A DNA stretch of 64,000 nucleotides, taken from positions 1 to 64,000 of the forward strand of contig CAWJKZ010000017.1 of assembly GCA_963843575.1 (NCBI GenBank). The letters are read 5' to 3'. This document shows positions 31,997 to 42,493 of this stretch, piece by piece; positions within the stretch are counted from its first letter, which is position 1; each line of letters starts with the position of its first letter. Under the pieces are notes generated by a model. That model saw only the letters and a list, made by a program, of their open reading frames with translations, was not told the DNA's origin and did no database searches. The position numbers and the translations under genes are program-made. Origin of the DNA: an uncultured Acidobacteriota bacterium. GTDB lineage: Bacteria; Acidobacteriota; UBA6911.

Positions 31997-33397
31997 TCAC
32001 GACGCGACGATCAGCCCCCGGCCCACCTGCAGGGCCTGACGGTTCACCTTCAACAGCTCGGGGCGCATCCCATGTTCGACCAGGGCCGAGAGGATGGATT
32101 CCGGGTCCAGCGTCCGGGTTTCCTGCAGAAAGGCCCCCAGCATGACCATGTTGGCGACCTTGGGATTGCCGATGTCGTTTGCGGCCTCGGTCGCCGGCAC
32201 CCAGACAACCTTGATGTCGCTCCGCCGCGGGCCATTTCGGACCATCGACGAGTTGAGCATCATGAGGCCGCCGGGGAGGATCTCAGGCTCGAAACGTTCC
32301 ACCGACGGCTCGTTGAACGCCATCACCATGGCCGGGCGGTTGATCAGGGGCGAGGCGATAGTTTCGGGCGACAGCCGGACGTGGCAGTGGGCGGTGCCGC
32401 CGCGCATCTCGGGGCCATAGGACGGGATCCACGATACCTGCAGCCCCTCGCGCATGCCCGCCTCCGCCAGGGCAATGCCGGCGAAGAGGACGCCCTGCCC
32501 GCCAAATCCGCTGATCTTCAGGGCCATGGGTTTCATCCCGGCGTGCCCCGGGGCCACAGCCGGTGCCGCCGTTTCCTCGGGCGGAGGCTGCACCCTGGGG
32601 CTGCGGTCCACGGCCGCTGGAACACCATTCCCTGCGCGCTCACGGTACAAACCGGGCGGAAACACCGGGAACATCGTCTTTTCCAGCCACTTGACGGCAT
32701 CCGGCGGGGACAGCTTCCAGCCCGTCGGGCAGGCGCTGAGCACCTCGACGAACGAGAACCCTTTTCCCTGAGCCTGCGTCTGCAGCGCGCGGCGCACGGC
32801 TTTGCGCGCCCGCATGTGCTGCTTGGCGTCGGTGAGCGCCACCCGCTCGATGTAGGCGGGGGCTTCCAGGGTCGCCAGCAACTCGCACATGCGCAGCGGA
32901 TATCCGTCGGCGGCGCCGGAGCGTCCATAGGGAGAGGTGACGGTGCGGAGCCCGAGGGGGGTGGTGGGGGCCATCTGGCCGCCGGTCATGCCGTAGATGC
33001 CGTTGTTGACGAAAAACACCGTGATGTTCTCGCCGCGGTTCGCGGCGTGCAGGATCTCGTTGCCGCCGATCGCCGCCAGATCGCCGTCCCCCTGGTAGCA
33101 CAGGACCAGGCTGTCGGGCCGGAGGCGCTTGATCCCGGTCGCCACCGCGGGGGCGCGCCCGTGCGACGCCTGGACGTGGCCGACATCCATATAGTAGTAG
33201 GCGAACACCGAGCAGCCGACCGGATCCACCCAGATGGCCCGGTCCTGAAGACCTAAGTCGGTCAAGGCCTCCGCGACCAGCTTGTGCAGCACGCCGTGTC
33301 CGCAACCTGGGCAGTAGTGCGTCGTCTCCAGGTCCCCGCCCTTGCGCTCGAACAGCGGGTAGAAAGCCTCCGGCCTGCTATGCGTAGTTTCCCACAC
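31997..33397 (-). CDS. 2-oxoacid:ferredoxin oxidoreductase beta-gamma fusion (VorA-like)
   Basis: [26 protein letters not shown]; then [17 protein letters not shown]. Confidence 0.92.
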   Translation of the reverse strand: MWETTHSRPEAFYPLFERKGGDLETTHYCPGCGHGVLHKLVAEALTDLGLQDRAIWVDPVGCSVFAYYYMDVGHVQASHGRAPAVATGIKRLRPDSLVLCYQGDGDLAAIGGNEILHAANRGENITVFFVNNGIYGMTGGQMAPTTPLGLRTVTSPYGRSGAADGYPLRMCELLATLEAPAYIERVALTDAKQHMRARKAVRRALQTQAQGKGFSFVEVLSACPTGWKLSPPDAVKWLEKTMFPVFPPGLYRERAGNGVPAAVDRSPRVQPPPEETAAPAVAPGHAGMKPMALKISGFGGQGVLFAGIALAEAGMREGLQVSWIPSYGPEMRGGTAHCHVRLSPETIASPLINRPAMVMAFNEPSVERFEPEILPGGLMMLNSSMVRNGPRRSDIKVVWVPATEAANDIGNPKVANMVMLGAFLQETRTLDPESILSALVEHGMRPELLKVNRQALQVGRGLIVAS

Positions 33398-34442
33398 ACT
33401 CGCTCTCCATCTCTTTCAGAACCGCATGGACATCCTCGGCGGTGGGCACCATGCCGCCCATCCTGCTCGACAGCCGAACGGGGGCGATCCCGTTTACCGA
33501 AAGCCGCACATCCTCGAGGAGCTGGCCGAAGCTGAGTTCCACGACCAGCACCGCGGAGGCATTCCCCGCGAGTTCGTGCAGACGCTTCATGGGAAACGGG
33601 TAAAGCGTGGTCGGGCGCATGAGACCGACGCGGATCCCCTCGGCGCGCGCCATTTCAACGGCGGAGCGGGCTACCCGGCTCGTGATGCCGTAACTCACGA
33701 CTACGATGGCGGCGTCCGCCGTCGCGTATTCCTCCCAGGAGCACTCCTTGGCTTCGACTTCCCTGTATTTCTTCTCGAGCTTCAGGATGTGCTGCTCCAT
33801 CGCCTCGTGTTGCAGGTAGATCGAGCTGATCAGGTTCTGCCGGCTCGCGGCCTCGCCGGTCACGGCCCACGGCTTTGCGGGAGCCTGGGCCGTCGTTTTC
33901 GGGAACACCACCGGCTCCATCATCTGGCCGAGGGCCCCATCGGCCAGCACGACGGCCGGATTGCGGTAGCGATCGGCGAGCTCGAAGGCCCGGATGGTGA
34001 AGTCGCACATCTCCTGGACGCTGTTGGGTGCCAGCACAATGGTGCGGTAGTTGCCGTGGCCTCCGCCCTTGACGATCTGGAAGTAGTCCCCCTGCTCCGG
34101 TCCGATGTTTCCGAGGCCCGGCCCGGCCCTCATGATGTCGACGATTACGCAGGGCAACTCGGCCCCCGCGATGTAGGACATGCCTTCCTGCATTAGGCTG
34201 ATGCCCGGTCCCGAGGAAGCGGTCATCACCCGGAAACCGGCCGCGGAAGCCCCGTACACCATCTGGATGGCGCCGATCTCACTCTCGGCCTGCAGGAATA
34301 CCCCGCCGGCCCTCGGGAACAGCAGCGCGGCACTTTCGGCGATTTCGCTCGCGGGCGTGATCGGGTACCCGAAATAAGCCCGGCATCCTGCCGCGATGGC
34401 AGCCTCGACGACGGCCTCGTTGCCTTTCAGCAAGCGGCGCAT
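33378..34442 (-). CDS. vorB: 2-oxoacid:ferredoxin oxidoreductase alpha subunit (VorB-like)
   Basis: [28 protein letters not shown]. Confidence 0.9.
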   Translation of the reverse strand: MRRLLKGNEAVVEAAIAAGCRAYFGYPITPASEIAESAALLFPRAGGVFLQAESEIGAIQMVYGASAAGFRVMTASSGPGISLMQEGMSYIAGAELPCVIVDIMRAGPGLGNIGPEQGDYFQIVKGGGHGNYRTIVLAPNSVQEMCDFTIRAFELADRYRNPAVVLADGALGQMMEPVVFPKTTAQAPAKPWAVTGEAASRQNLISSIYLQHEAMEQHILKLEKKYREVEAKECSWEEYATADAAIVVVSYGITSRVARSAVEMARAEGIRVGLMRPTTLYPFPMKRLHELAGNASAVLVVELSFGQLLEDVRLSVNGIAPVRLSSRMGGMVPTAEDVHAVLKEMESECVGNYA

Positions 34443-34479
34443 TGAAACGCCTCCCTCCTCGACAGACGGCAAACGCGGA

Positions 34480-34725
34480 TTACGCGGACGCCGCCTTCTC
34501 TTCCCTGAAAACCCGAACCGTCACCGCGCCCGGTTCGGGACACACGTAAAAGCAGATACCGCAACCGGTGCATCCCGAACCCGTGTATGAAATTGCATAG
34601 TAACCCTGCCGGTTCAGGAAATTGCTCTGGACCAGCACCCCGGGCGGACAGGCCACCGTGCAGAGGCAGCACCCTTTGCACAGGTGAGCCGCGATCTGTA
34701 CGTCGCCTCGTCCAGCGTTGCCCAT
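34480..34725 (-). CDS. 2[4Fe-4S] ferredoxin (delta subunit)
   Basis: [12 protein letters not shown] and [12 protein letters not shown]. Confidence 0.92.
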   Translation of the reverse strand: MGNAGRGDVQIAAHLCKGCCLCTVACPPGVLVQSNFLNRQGYYAISYTGSGCTGCGICFYVCPEPGAVTVRVFREEKAASA

Positions 34726-35031
34726 AACTCCTCCAGCGAAACCGGCTATTTACACCGGTTAAATAGAGGCAATCCCCGTTCCCGCGCAGGCGACGCAGCC
34801 GGGATCTGGACGGCACCTCGTTATCCTTGTGTTTCAATATATTACCTCATCGCCCCTGCCGCATTCCAGACTTGGCGGCCGTACGGCTGAGTCAAATGAC
34901 CCAGCGGTGCGCCGGGTAGCGTAAACCGGGAGGGCCGGGCCGACGTTCTCCGCCGCTGCGCCCATGGCTTCAGTTCCTTCCGTCCTATGGTTTTGCTGCC
35001 CTGTGCCGCTGGCGGCGGGTCGCGGGATGGC

Positions 35032-35048
35032 TTGGCAAGCGAGTTGCA
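35032..35048 (+). promoter_or_regulatory. Sigma-54 promoter candidate
   Basis: TTGGCAAGCGAGTTGCA about 30 nt before response regulator. Confidence 0.6.
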
Positions 35049-35079
35049 TCCGTGATCGGACAGGGTTTGCGGCAATCTT

Positions 35080-35481
35080 ATGATTAAGACAAGCGTGCTC
35101 GTCGTCGAAGACGAGAAACTCCTCAGTTGGTCTCTGGCCAAGTCGCTTGCGAAGTGGGGCTTCGAGGTGATGCCGGTTTTCAGCGGCAGCGACGCGGTCG
35201 CACAGCTCGAGAAGTGCGGCTACGACGTCGTACTGCTGGACTACCAGCTTCCCGACCTGGACGGCCTGGCGATCGCTCGAAAAGTGCGCGGAGTCCAGCC
35301 GAAGGCCTCGATCTTCCTGGTCACCGCCTTCCAGCTGAGCGAGCTGCCGGTCGAGGCGGGATTGATAGACGCCTACTTCAACAAACCCGTCGATCTGCAG
35401 CAACTGCGCCAAGCCCTGAGCAAAATCCCGGGCCGACCCGGGGGCGATACCCCGGTTGAAACGCAGGCCCGCCCGAATTGA
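35080..35481 (+). CDS. Single-domain response regulator
   Basis: VVEDE, LLDYQLP, KP. Confidence 0.9.
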   Translation: MIKTSVLVVEDEKLLSWSLAKSLAKWGFEVMPVFSGSDAVAQLEKCGYDVVLLDYQLPDLDGLAIARKVRGVQPKASIFLVTAFQLSELPVEAGLIDAYFNKPVDLQQLRQALSKIPGRPGGDTPVETQARPN

Positions 35482-35574
35482 AGCGGCGCCCGCGCTCCTC
35501 TGCAGCAGCCTACCACCTGGAATCTGCTACAATAGCGCTCTTTCGTGCAGCGACTCCCTTATCGACAGGCTCCT

Positions 35575-37476
35575 ATGGATAATGCGAAATCGGTCTGGCA
35601 AAACAGGATGACGGGAACCGGCGTTATCCTGGCCGCGCTCTCGATACTCTTTTTCATCAGCTTTCAGCTGATCGAGCTGATGCAGCCCACCAGCAACCCG
35701 TACACCGGGTTGTGGTCCTTCCTGGTGCTTCCCGCGATCCTGGTGGCGGGGCTGCTCATGATCCCGCTGGGCGCCATGCTCGAGCGCAGGAAGAGGCGCC
35801 GCCTCTACCCGGACGTCAGCGAGTGGCCGCGGCTGCCGCATTTCGACCCCAACGACCCGCACCATCGCCGTCTGCTGACGATCTTCGCGCTGGGTACGCT
35901 CCTCATCATACCCCTGATCGCGATCAGCAGTTACGAGGGGTACCATTACACGGACTCGACGCAGTTTTGCGGGCAGGTCTGTCACTCGGTGATGCACCCC
36001 GAATACACGAGTTACCTGAACTCGCCGCACGCGCGCGTCAGCTGCGCGGCCTGCCACATCGGGCCGGGCGCCAACTGGTACGTGAAGTCGAAGATCAGCG
36101 GCGTGCGCCAGGTGCTGGCCGTCACGTTCAACACCTTCAATCGCCCCATCCACACTCCGATCAAGGACCTGCGCCCGGCGCGCGAGACGTGCGAACAGTG
36201 CCATTGGCCGGAGAAGTTCTTCGGGGCCCAGCTCCGGACCCGCGCCCACTTCTACCCGGACGAGAAGAACACCCGCGACGAGCTCCAGCTGCTGGTCAAG
36301 ACCGGGGGAGCCGAGTCGTCGATGGGTCCCGCCTCGGGTATCCACTGGCACATGGCCCTGAGTCAGAGGATCGATTACGTGGCCGTCGACGCCTCGCGCC
36401 ATGTGATCCCCTGGGTGCGCGCTGCGGACGCTGCCGGGAACGTCAAGGTCTACCGTTCGGACGGGAAAGGACCTCAGGACCCGCCACCCGCCGGGGAGCT
36501 GCGGCGGGTGGACTGCATGGACTGCCACAACCGGCCGACCCACGTCGTCCAGCCCCCGGATCGGGCAGTCAACATCAGCCTCGAAACGGGACGGCTCGAC
36601 CGCTCGCTCCCTTACATCAAGAAAGTTGCCGTGGAGGCGCTCGTGCAGCCCTACGCGGTCGAGTCCGAGGCCGACACGAAGATCGATTCCTATATTCGCG
36701 ACTTCTACGCGAAGCTCGACCCGGCTCTGGCCGGGACGCGCAAGGACTCGATCGCCCAGGCCGTCGACGAGGTCCGATCCGTATATCACAGGAACTTTTT
36801 CCCGCGCATGAAGGTGAGCTGGAGGACGTACCCCGACAACATCGGGCACATGGTGTTTGACGGCTGCTTCCGCTGCCACGACGGGCGCCACGTCGACGCA
36901 GGCGGGGTGGCCATCACCAGGGAGTGCCACGTCTGCCACGACTTCCTGCGGCCCGCCTCGGCGGGCCAGGCGCGGGAGTATGCGCAGGGGATCCCGCCCC
37001 ACCCGCTCAAGCTCGAGGGGCAGCACGCCGGACTGAACTGCACGGCCTGTCACACCGGGGGGCCCGCCCCCGAGCGGACCTGCGCCGGTTGCCACACCGA
37101 CCAGAGGCTCTTCAGACAGGGAAAGAAGCCCGTGCTGCCCGGCCTCTCGGGCACCCCGACCGCCGTCATGGCCGACCTCGATTGCGACGCCTGCCACGAC
37201 CTGAGCAAGCCGCAGACGCAGGCCAACATCGGCGCCCAGTGCGCCGGCTGCCACGACAAGTCTTACCCGGACATGATCCAGATGTGGAAAGACGACGCGG
37301 CAGCGGGCCGTGCGAAGGCCGCCGCCGCGATCCAGGGAGTGCAGCGCGACGCCGCGCTCGCCGCGCAGCTTCAGGGCGCCTTCGCCCAGGTGGACAAGGC
37401 CGTCGCCGTCCACAACACCGATTTCGCCGACGCGATCTACCAGCAGATCGTCAAGCTCGCCTCGGAGAAAAAATAG
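35575..37476 (+). CDS. Membrane-anchored multiheme cytochrome c (NapC/NirT-like N-domain), about 10 hemes
   Basis: 3 TM segments; CGQVCH (CX3CH) plus nine CXXCH. Confidence 0.9.
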   Translation: MDNAKSVWQNRMTGTGVILAALSILFFISFQLIELMQPTSNPYTGLWSFLVLPAILVAGLLMIPLGAMLERRKRRRLYPDVSEWPRLPHFDPNDPHHRRLLTIFALGTLLIIPLIAISSYEGYHYTDSTQFCGQVCHSVMHPEYTSYLNSPHARVSCAACHIGPGANWYVKSKISGVRQVLAVTFNTFNRPIHTPIKDLRPARETCEQCHWPEKFFGAQLRTRAHFYPDEKNTRDELQLLVKTGGAESSMGPASGIHWHMALSQRIDYVAVDASRHVIPWVRAADAAGNVKVYRSDGKGPQDPPPAGELRRVDCMDCHNRPTHVVQPPDRAVNISLETGRLDRSLPYIKKVAVEALVQPYAVESEADTKIDSYIRDFYAKLDPALAGTRKDSIAQAVDEVRSVYHRNFFPRMKVSWRTYPDNIGHMVFDGCFRCHDGRHVDAGGVAITRECHVCHDFLRPASAGQAREYAQGIPPHPLKLEGQHAGLNCTACHTGGPAPERTCAGCHTDQRLFRQGKKPVLPGLSGTPTAVMADLDCDACHDLSKPQTQANIGAQCAGCHDKSYPDMIQMWKDDAAAGRAKAAAAIQGVQRDAALAAQLQGAFAQVDKAVAVHNTDFADAIYQQIVKLASEKK

Positions 37477-37479
37477 CTG

Positions 37480-37524
37480 GTGGGCAGGGGCGGCCCGGGG
37501 CGGGGTCGGGCCGCCCCCGCCCAC
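37480..37524. terminator. GTGG-bounded hairpin between convergent genes
   Basis: GTGGGCAGGGGCGGCCCG / CGGGCCGCCCCCGCCCAC. Confidence 0.6.
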
Positions 37525-37542
37525 CCAGTACCGCTTACATAA

Positions 37543-38334
37543 TTACTTCTCGGCGACCATCGCGATGAGGTAGCCGAAAAAGCCGGGCCACGCCCAGCGG
37601 GTCTCGACGAAATCGAACGGCCAGAGGAACAACGGGGAGAGGCGGTGCAGCGGGATGCCGCGGCTGAAGAAGAACAGGTCTGCCATCCGCAGGATCCCCG
37701 GGACGCTGAGTATCCCGGTGCGCCGGCTGACCCGGAGGCCGCTGCGGGCCACGACCTCGCGCAGTTCGCGGGCGCTGAAGCTCAACTCGGGCGAGTACGC
37801 ATATTTCCCGAAGCGGTCGAGCAGCGAGACCAGCATCGGCCGCAGGAACACATTCCACTTGTGGGGCACGCCGACGATCGCCTTGCCCCCCGGTCGGAGG
37901 ACCCGGCAGATCTCCCCCACGGCCTGCTGGTACTCGTCGATGTGCTCGATGGTCCCCATGGTGTAGACGAAATCGAAGCTCTCGGACAGGAACGGCAGGT
38001 CGCGTATGTCGCACTGGGCGATGTGCAGCGGGCCGCTGGCGTACACGGCGTTGTCGCGCGCCCGGGACGCCACCACGCGGCTGATGTCGATCCCGTAGGC
38101 TTCGGCACCCTGGTCGCGCATCCAGTGGAGGATGCGGGTGTTGATCGCCTCGTTCCAGAGATCCAGCTTCAGCACCCGCTTGCCCCGGAGTTGGCCGAAG
38201 CACCGCTGCAGCAGGGCGATCTCGCACCTCCGGTAATACTGGGTCGAGGAGGCGTGATAGAAGTCGGGCACCTTGTCCGCGACCGCGTCCCATTTCTTGC
38301 GCTGCTCCCGTCTCAGCTGTTCATCCACGTTCAT
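37543..38334 (-). CDS. Class I SAM-dependent methyltransferase-like protein
   Basis: DIRDLPF..ESFDFVY..GTIEH, RVLRPGG; motif I atypical (KLDLWNE). Confidence 0.8.
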   Translation of the reverse strand: MNVDEQLRREQRKKWDAVADKVPDFYHASSTQYYRRCEIALLQRCFGQLRGKRVLKLDLWNEAINTRILHWMRDQGAEAYGIDISRVVASRARDNAVYASGPLHIAQCDIRDLPFLSESFDFVYTMGTIEHIDEYQQAVGEICRVLRPGGKAIVGVPHKWNVFLRPMLVSLLDRFGKYAYSPELSFSARELREVVARSGLRVSRRTGILSVPGILRMADLFFFSRGIPLHRLSPLFLWPFDFVETRWAWPGFFGYLIAMVAEK

Positions 38335-39340
38335 TCGAACCTGCTTTCAGGAATTCAACTGTGCGCCGGACTCCTTCGCGGACCGGCAGCCATCGATACT
38401 CCAGCGCCTCGACCGCCCGGCTGGAGCTGAAGCACCAGTCCCGTGCCAGGGTTTCGACGGCCTGTTCGTACCCGGAGGCGCGCGGGAACCCCCGAACGCG
38501 ATCGGCCGCGCGGGCCGCCAGCCGGGTGCACGACAACGGGACCGAGGCGCGGACCAACGACGAGCTGCCGGCGGCCTCCAGGGCCGCCCGGTTAAGATCG
38601 CGGTGCGACCAGTCCTCGCCGCCCAGGATGTAGCCGGCGCCGACCGCCCCCGATCGCTCGGCCATGAGGATGCCGTCGACGACATCGGAGACAAAGACGA
38701 GGTTACGGCGGCACCGGCCGCCGCCCAGGACGACGTCGGCCCTGGTACGCAACAGCGCACGCAGTCCGCTGGTGACCCGGTTGGGATGGCTGCGTTCGTC
38801 CGGGCCGAAAACGATCGTCGGGAAAACTGTCACCGCCGGCAATCCCGAGGCGGCCAGCTCCTGGACCCGCAGGCAGCCCTCCTGTCGGGACCACTGGTAG
38901 CCGCCCGCAGGCGCGTCGGTCGAAAAACCGTCTGCCTCCGTCCGGGGCCGCGCGCCGCTGCCGAAAACCACGGCGCTGGAGACGTGCACAAACACGGCCA
39001 CCTGCGCCCGGGCGCACGTCTCGGCCAGCAGGCCGCAGCCAAGGACATTCGTTTCCCGGAACCTGTCCAGCGCCGCGGAGGGCCGGTTGCGCGCCGCCGC
39101 CAGGTGAAAGACCGCGACATCCCGGTTCAACCGGTTTCGATAGCTGGCCGGATCCTCGACGCAGCCGGGCAGGATCTGCAGGCGCGGGCCGACAAGGCCG
39201 CGCAACGCGTCCGGGGAGCGGCCCAGGGCCAGGACTTCCCGGTCGCCGCCCAAAAGCGCCCGTACCAGGTGCCTGCCGATGAAACCCGTCGCGCCCGTGA
39301 CCAGCGCCGGTCCTTCGGTGCGGCGGACTTCAGGGCGCAT
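38321..39340 (-). CDS. NAD-dependent epimerase/dehydratase (extended SDR)
   Basis: TGATGFIG, FHLAA, YQWSR in place of YxxxK. Confidence 0.85.
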   Translation of the reverse strand: MRPEVRRTEGPALVTGATGFIGRHLVRALLGGDREVLALGRSPDALRGLVGPRLQILPGCVEDPASYRNRLNRDVAVFHLAAARNRPSAALDRFRETNVLGCGLLAETCARAQVAVFVHVSSAVVFGSGARPRTEADGFSTDAPAGGYQWSRQEGCLRVQELAASGLPAVTVFPTIVFGPDERSHPNRVTSGLRALLRTRADVVLGGGRCRRNLVFVSDVVDGILMAERSGAVGAGYILGGEDWSHRDLNRAALEAAGSSSLVRASVPLSCTRLAARAADRVRGFPRASGYEQAVETLARDWCFSSSRAVEALEYRWLPVREGVRRTVEFLKAGSNERG

Positions 39341-40691
39341 CGCTCTCCTTCGATTGCAGGACCATGGGCGCCTGGAGGTCGCGGGCGTCTTCCCGGCGAC
39401 GTATCATGCGCAGCGCCCCGTCCTCCTGCAGGAGATGGACGGACGGGGAGAGCCCGGCGTAACGGCTCGCGCGGGATATCGAATACGCGCCAGCGTCGCA
39501 TAGCACCAGCACGTCCCCCTCCCGGCACACAGGGAGCCTGCGGCGCAGGTCGACGATGTCCGCGGTGTTCAGAGTGTTGCCCGAAAGGTGGTAGAAGCGC
39601 CGCTCGCGACCCGCGGGGAGCGATCCGTGCATTATCGTGCGGGAGAAAAGCAGCAGCGATTCCGGGAGAAAGTTGCGGCTGGCGTCCAGGAAAAGCCAGT
39701 TCCCCTCGGCCGCGATAATGCGCGTCACGAGAAAACCGGCATTACCCACTATCGACCGTCCCGGCTCCATTCCGATGGCCGGTGCCGCGTCGATCCCCGC
39801 CTCCCGCATCCGCTCCCGGTACTGCGAGGCGAGGGATGCGGCAAACTCGCGCAAGGCCTCCACGCCGCCGGCGGGCGGCGCCGCGTCGCCGAGCCTCGCC
39901 GCCAGAGTCTTCAGACCATTCCTGTGCAACGACTGCGAAGGGATGCCGCCGCCGAGATTAACCTCCTCCAGCAGAACGCCGAAACGCCTGCGAAGCTGCG
40001 CCGTGACCGCGCAACTCTTGCGCAGCAGGTTCGCGTAGTTCACGGGGGCGCCCTGTTGAGTCCCCCGGTAAAAATTGATGGCCGCGAGCGTCAGTCGGCG
40101 CGAGCGGCGAATGAATTCGGCTGCTGTGGGAACCGCGCGCGCGTCGAACCCGAGCCTCCGGGACATGAAATTCAGCGGCGACAACCTCAAGCGGCGGGAA
40201 TCGTTGCGCAACCGCAGCGAGACGCGCACGGAAACCTGTTCCCGCTCCGCCTCGCTTTCCAGTACCTGCAGGTCCTGGACGCGGTAAGCGTGAAAGAAGC
40301 GGACCCCGGCAGCGAGGGCGCTGCGGACTTCGCCAGGGACCGACACGGGCCGCTGATAGGCCACCTTCTCGGGGGGAAACCCGCAGCTCAATGCCAGCTG
40401 CAGTTCTTCCGGATTCGACGCGAGCATGCCGCTCCCAAGACGAGCCAGCACCGAGAGAACCCCCGATTCGTTGTTGGTCTTGCCGCAGTAGCGCACCCGC
40501 ACCTCTGCGCCGGCGGAGGACAACCCTTCGCAGATCGCGGCATAGTTGCGCCTGAGGCGTGCCTCATCCAGGAGGAAAAACGGGGTGCCGAGCCGCTGCG
40601 CGAGGTCCACCACCGTAGTGCCCGACAGCAGGAGTTGTCCTTCGCGGTATTGGAACGGCGCGACTGCCTCGACACGGTTCTCCGGCAACAC
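39330..40691 (-). CDS. Fold-type III PLP enzyme (diaminopimelate decarboxylase-like, atypical)
   Basis: GTPFFLLD, YCGKTN, NLGGG, EPGRSIV, DAGAY. Confidence 0.82.
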   Translation of the reverse strand: MLPENRVEAVAPFQYREGQLLLSGTTVVDLAQRLGTPFFLLDEARLRRNYAAICEGLSSAGAEVRVRYCGKTNNESGVLSVLARLGSGMLASNPEELQLALSCGFPPEKVAYQRPVSVPGEVRSALAAGVRFFHAYRVQDLQVLESEAEREQVSVRVSLRLRNDSRRLRLSPLNFMSRRLGFDARAVPTAAEFIRRSRRLTLAAINFYRGTQQGAPVNYANLLRKSCAVTAQLRRRFGVLLEEVNLGGGIPSQSLHRNGLKTLAARLGDAAPPAGGVEALREFAASLASQYRERMREAGIDAAPAIGMEPGRSIVGNAGFLVTRIIAAEGNWLFLDASRNFLPESLLLFSRTIMHGSLPAGRERRFYHLSGNTLNTADIVDLRRRLPVCREGDVLVLCDAGAYSISRASRYAGLSPSVHLLQEDGALRMIRRREDARDLQAPMVLQSKESDAP

Positions 40692-40759
40692 AATCCCTCA
40701 CACTCGCAGGCATGGCAATGGTTCGCAGATCTTACCCTAGCGCCCAACCCGGGACAATC

Positions 40760-40999
40760 GGTCTTCGAGATCCTTCGAGACTTAGTACCGATGTTCACGA
40801 ATACGCCAACGTATTTTTCAGGACGCGGATGCGCGCGGAATCTGCGTTCTGTTTCGGCTTTGGTTTTTCATCGCCCGTATTGTTCTGCGTCCTGAAAGAT
40901 ACGTCAGCGTACTTATGAAACTGTGTACTTAGAGTTTTCGAGGTGCTCTTTTAAAAACCCACCTCAAAGCCTCCAAGCACTCAAAGAATCTCGAAGGCC
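40760..40999. repeat. Long imperfect palindrome (family B, CTTCGAG/CTTGGAG units) split by a MITE
   Basis: After MITE removal the arms GGTCTTCGAGATCCTTCGAGACTTAGAGTTTTCGAGGTG and CACCTCAAAGCCTCCAAGCACTCAAAGAATCTCGAAGGCC pair. Confidence 0.75.
40785..40928. mobile_element. 144-bp MITE, ~45-bp imperfect TIRs, TTA target-site duplication
   Basis: TTA|GTACCGATGTTCACGAATACGCCAACGTATTTTTCAGGACGCGG ... CTGCGTCCTGAAAGATACGTCAGCGTACTTATGAAACTGTGTAC|TTA. Confidence 0.8.
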
Positions 41000-41048
41000 C
41001 GGGGGAAACTCGGGTAGAATCGCGCCAAACTCCAAAGGGGGGGGCAGA

Positions 41049-42416
41049 ATGCGAACAGACGCTTTGTCCAGACGCTGTTTTCTCTCAACGACCGCGGCGG
41101 GCATCGGGGCTGCAGCGGTGCCTCGGCGGGCGGGCTCCCAAGTGGCGGTCAAGACCGCCGTCGCGGTCCCCGGCAAGCCTGCGATACTTGGGGGGACCCC
41201 GGTGCGTTCCCGGCCGTTCCCCTCGTGGCCCGTGATCGGCGAGGTCGACGAGCGAAATTTCCTCGACGCGTTGAGGAGGAAGGAATGGTGCCGGCTCGGC
41301 GCCAACATCACCACAAACTTTGAACAGAAGTGGGCACAACTCCTCGGCGCGAAACACGCGATCGGGGTCGCGAACGGCACGAACGCGCTCTACGCGGCGC
41401 TGTATGCCCTCGAGATCGGCCCGGGGGACGAGGTGCTCGTCCCCTCATACACCTTTGTGGCGACCGTCAACGCAGTCATCCAGCAGTACGCCCTCCCCGT
41501 GTTCGTCGACACCGACCTCCGCACAATGGAGATGGACACGAAGAAGCTCGAGGGGTTGGTCACTGGGGACACCCGCGGCATCATCCCGGTCCACCTCGGC
41601 GGCAACATGACCGACATGGACGGGGTGCGCAAGGTCGCGGCGGCGCACAACCTCGCCGTCATCGAGGACGCCTGCCAGGCCCACTACGCCGAGTGGCGCG
41701 GTCAGAAGGCGGGAACCCTCGGCGACATCGGCTGCTTCAGCTTCCAGGCTTCCAAGATCCTGCCCTGCGGCGAGGGGGGAGCGGTCGTCACGAATCGCGA
41801 CGAGCTGTACGATCGGCTCCACGCCTTTCAAAACAACGGCCGCGACCGGCTCACCGGGACACGCAACGGCTACCAGTATCAGGGGTCCAACCTGCGGATG
41901 ACCGAGTACCAGGCCGCGCTGCTCCTGGCGCAACTGACCCGGTTCGAAGACCAGTGCCGGCTGCGCGACGCGAACGCCGCCTACCTCGCGCAGCTGCTGT
42001 CGTCCATCCCGGGTATCCACCCCGCCGAGAGGCACGAGGGCTGCACGCGGAACACCTATTACATATTCATGGCGCGCTACGACGCCTCCGAGTTCGCCGG
42101 GATGCCGCGCGCGCGGTTCCTCGAAGCGATCCACCGCGAGGGGATCCCGTGCGGCGGCGGTTATTGCCGGCTCAACGAGGAGCCGTTCCTGCAAAAGACC
42201 TTCGCGTCGAAGGCGTACCGAAGGATCTACGGCGAGGCGAGGCTGAAGCGCCATCGCGAGATGAACGCCTGCCCTGAAAACGACAAACTCTGCGACCAGG
42301 GCCTTTTCTTCTCACAGACGTGTCTGCTCGGCTCCAGGAGCGACGTCGAGCAGATCGCCGAGGCCGTCTCCCGGGTCCGGAAGCATGCGCCGGAAATAGC
42401 CGCCGCGCGGGCATAA
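41049..42416 (+). CDS. Tat-signal DegT/DnrJ/EryC1/StrS aminotransferase
   Basis: SRRCFL; IEDACQAH, FSFQASK, GEGG. Confidence 0.9.
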   Translation: MRTDALSRRCFLSTTAAGIGAAAVPRRAGSQVAVKTAVAVPGKPAILGGTPVRSRPFPSWPVIGEVDERNFLDALRRKEWCRLGANITTNFEQKWAQLLGAKHAIGVANGTNALYAALYALEIGPGDEVLVPSYTFVATVNAVIQQYALPVFVDTDLRTMEMDTKKLEGLVTGDTRGIIPVHLGGNMTDMDGVRKVAAAHNLAVIEDACQAHYAEWRGQKAGTLGDIGCFSFQASKILPCGEGGAVVTNRDELYDRLHAFQNNGRDRLTGTRNGYQYQGSNLRMTEYQAALLLAQLTRFEDQCRLRDANAAYLAQLLSSIPGIHPAERHEGCTRNTYYIFMARYDASEFAGMPRARFLEAIHREGIPCGGGYCRLNEEPFLQKTFASKAYRRIYGEARLKRHREMNACPENDKLCDQGLFFSQTCLLGSRSDVEQIAEAVSRVRKHAPEIAAARA

Positions 42417-42448
42417 ACCGCTCCCGTAATCTCTCGGGATAATCGCAG

Positions 42449-42475
42449 GGGCCGCGGCGAGCCGCCGCGGCCCAC
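42449..42475 (-). repeat. REP-like palindrome, family A
   Basis: Reverse complement GTGGGCCGCGGCGGCTCGCCGCGGCCC. Confidence 0.8.
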
Positions 42476-42493
42476 TCCTTCGGAGCAGCACTC

